Below are positions 63,212 through 64,000 of a stretch of DNA of 64,000 nucleotides, piece by piece. Within the stretch, counting starts at the first letter, position 1. The number at the start of each line of letters is the position of its first letter. The position numbers and the translations under genes were made by a program. The notes below the pieces were generated by a model that saw only the letters and a list, made by a program, of their open reading frames with translations, did no database searches and was not told the origin of the DNA. The stretch lies in the IMG/VR virus record IMGVR_UViG_3300044641_009805, positions 214,436 through 278,435 of that record; one strand, given 5' to 3'.

Positions 63212-63410
63212 CACCGGTGATCTGGTTCTAATCACCGCGGATTTTCTGGAACCACATGAACCCCGTGTGGGGATATTCTGGAGCGATAAGGTTCCACTGG
63301 ATGAATGGGGAGATCAGGTTGCAGGTGAGTGTGATTGTATCGTTTTCTGGAACGAAGATTTCATTCCTTTCATATGGGAAAACCTAACACTCCTCTCGGA
63401 GGCACCATGA
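63204..63410 (+). CDS. xGDLV-family small protein
   Basis: MFNTGDLVLI. Confidence 0.78.
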   Translation: MFNTGDLVLITADFLEPHEPRVGIFWSDKVPLDEWGDQVAGECDCIVFWNEDFIPFIWENLTLLSEAP

Positions 63411-63655
63411 AACCCGGTGATTTGGTTGGTGTGAAGGATGGTGATAAAGGTAACACCTACTGGTTATACCATCCTGAATCCCCAATTACCATTAACCTCA
63501 TCCCCACCGATATTCGGTTTGGATTCTCGGATACCGGTTTGATATTGAAAACCCATATGAACAATGGGATGTACCCTTACGCAACCTTCCTCAAGATTCT
63601 CACCCCTCGGGGAATCGGTTGGGCAAATGAGAATTGGGTGGAGGTTCTCAAGTGA
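63407..63655 (+). CDS. xGDLV-family small protein
   Basis: MKPGDLVGV...LKILTPRGIGW. Confidence 0.8.
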   Translation: MKPGDLVGVKDGDKGNTYWLYHPESPITINLIPTDIRFGFSDTGLILKTHMNNGMYPYATFLKILTPRGIGWANENWVEVLK

Positions 63656-63918
63656 AACCCGGATCACAAGTTCGTTTAATTCCTGAGTTAGAAGGTAACG
63701 ATTGTTCTCTTCCCCTATGGGATGATCCACCTGATTTCACTTCAATCTATAGGAAGAACCACACCGGGAGGTTCCGTTACTCCGAGGTGGGAGTGATTCT
63801 TGAACAAAGATACATTCTCAATGATGTTCATGATTCTCTACCCACCAGTTTTTGGGTGAAGGTGTTGTGCCCCGGTGGGATTGGTTGGATAAAGAGATGT
63901 GATCTGGAGTTGGTGTGA
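63652..63918 (+). CDS. xGDLV-family small protein
   Basis: MKPGSQVRL...VKVLCPGGIGW. Confidence 0.78.
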   Translation: MKPGSQVRLIPELEGNDCSLPLWDDPPDFTSIYRKNHTGRFRYSEVGVILEQRYILNDVHDSLPTSFWVKVLCPGGIGWIKRCDLELV

Positions 63919-63944
63919 AAAGTTGAAACCTGGTGTGTTAGGAT
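63915..63944 (+). promoter_or_regulatory. GTGNAA-N18-TANNNT promoter, leaderless
   Basis: GTGAAA-N18-TAGGAT-N7-ATG(63952). Confidence 0.78.
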
Positions 63945-63951
63945 TGAATCT

Positions 63952-64000
63952 ATGAAACCCGGTAATCTGGTTCGAGTTACCAACACCCTAACCCCTCTCT
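63952..64000 (+). CDS. xGDLV-family protein, 3'-truncated by window edge
   Basis: MKPGNLVRV... Confidence 0.7.
   Translation, partial: MKPGNLVRVTNTLTPL

Noticed and set aside
1-64000. tRNA, rRNA or CRISPR arrays
   Set aside because: Intergenic gaps are short; no cloverleaf with T-loop/D-loop and no repeat-spacer periodicity was seen by eye. A tRNAscan/CRT run would be the formal check.
1-64000. Stop-codon reassignment as in some large phages
   Set aside because: Known enzymes are full length and coding density is high under the standard code; TAA, TGA and TAG all end genes.
49941-64000. Diversity-generating retroelement behind the paralog array or the FGE gene
   Set aside because: No reverse transcriptase in the window and no near-identical template/variable repeat pair differing only at adenines was noticed; paralogs are deeply diverged.

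Overview
Densely coding 64 kb segment of a large lytic dsDNA (jumbo-type) phage, standard genetic code; no tRNA, rRNA, CRISPR array, integrase or reverse transcriptase was found. Accessory genes (FGE/SUMF1-domain protein, Cys-rich lipoprotein, FmdB, isocitrate lyase) point loosely to a Myxococcota/deltaproteobacterial host (inference). 1-49 kb: nucleotide metabolism (NrdJ, ThyX, two dNMP kinases, dUTPase/dCTPase-like, IMPDH/GMPR, Tdk, dCMP deaminase), DnaE, repair enzymes (PolX, 5'-3' exonuclease, MBD4-like glycosylase), metabolic/stress genes (AceA, SOD, Dps-like, Hsp20, nitrilase-family, PMM) and many AT-rich unknowns sharing an LRRIIKEE-like motif. Main highlights: (1) a probable cytosine hypermodification locus at 19.0-25.2 kb (dCMP-type thymidylate synthase homolog, second dNMP kinase, T4 beta-glucosyltransferase-like enzyme, two NDP-sugar epimerases); (2) a ~9 kb right-hand region strongly depleted of GC and GAC/GTC on both strands; (3) in and around that region, an array of ~35 tiny MKPGDLV-type paralogs; (4) two recurrent promoter architectures, many apparently leaderless; (5) a Pol-beta NTase next to a ligase/HxGH-NTase fusion. 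All functional calls come from motif reading by eye; no database search was run.
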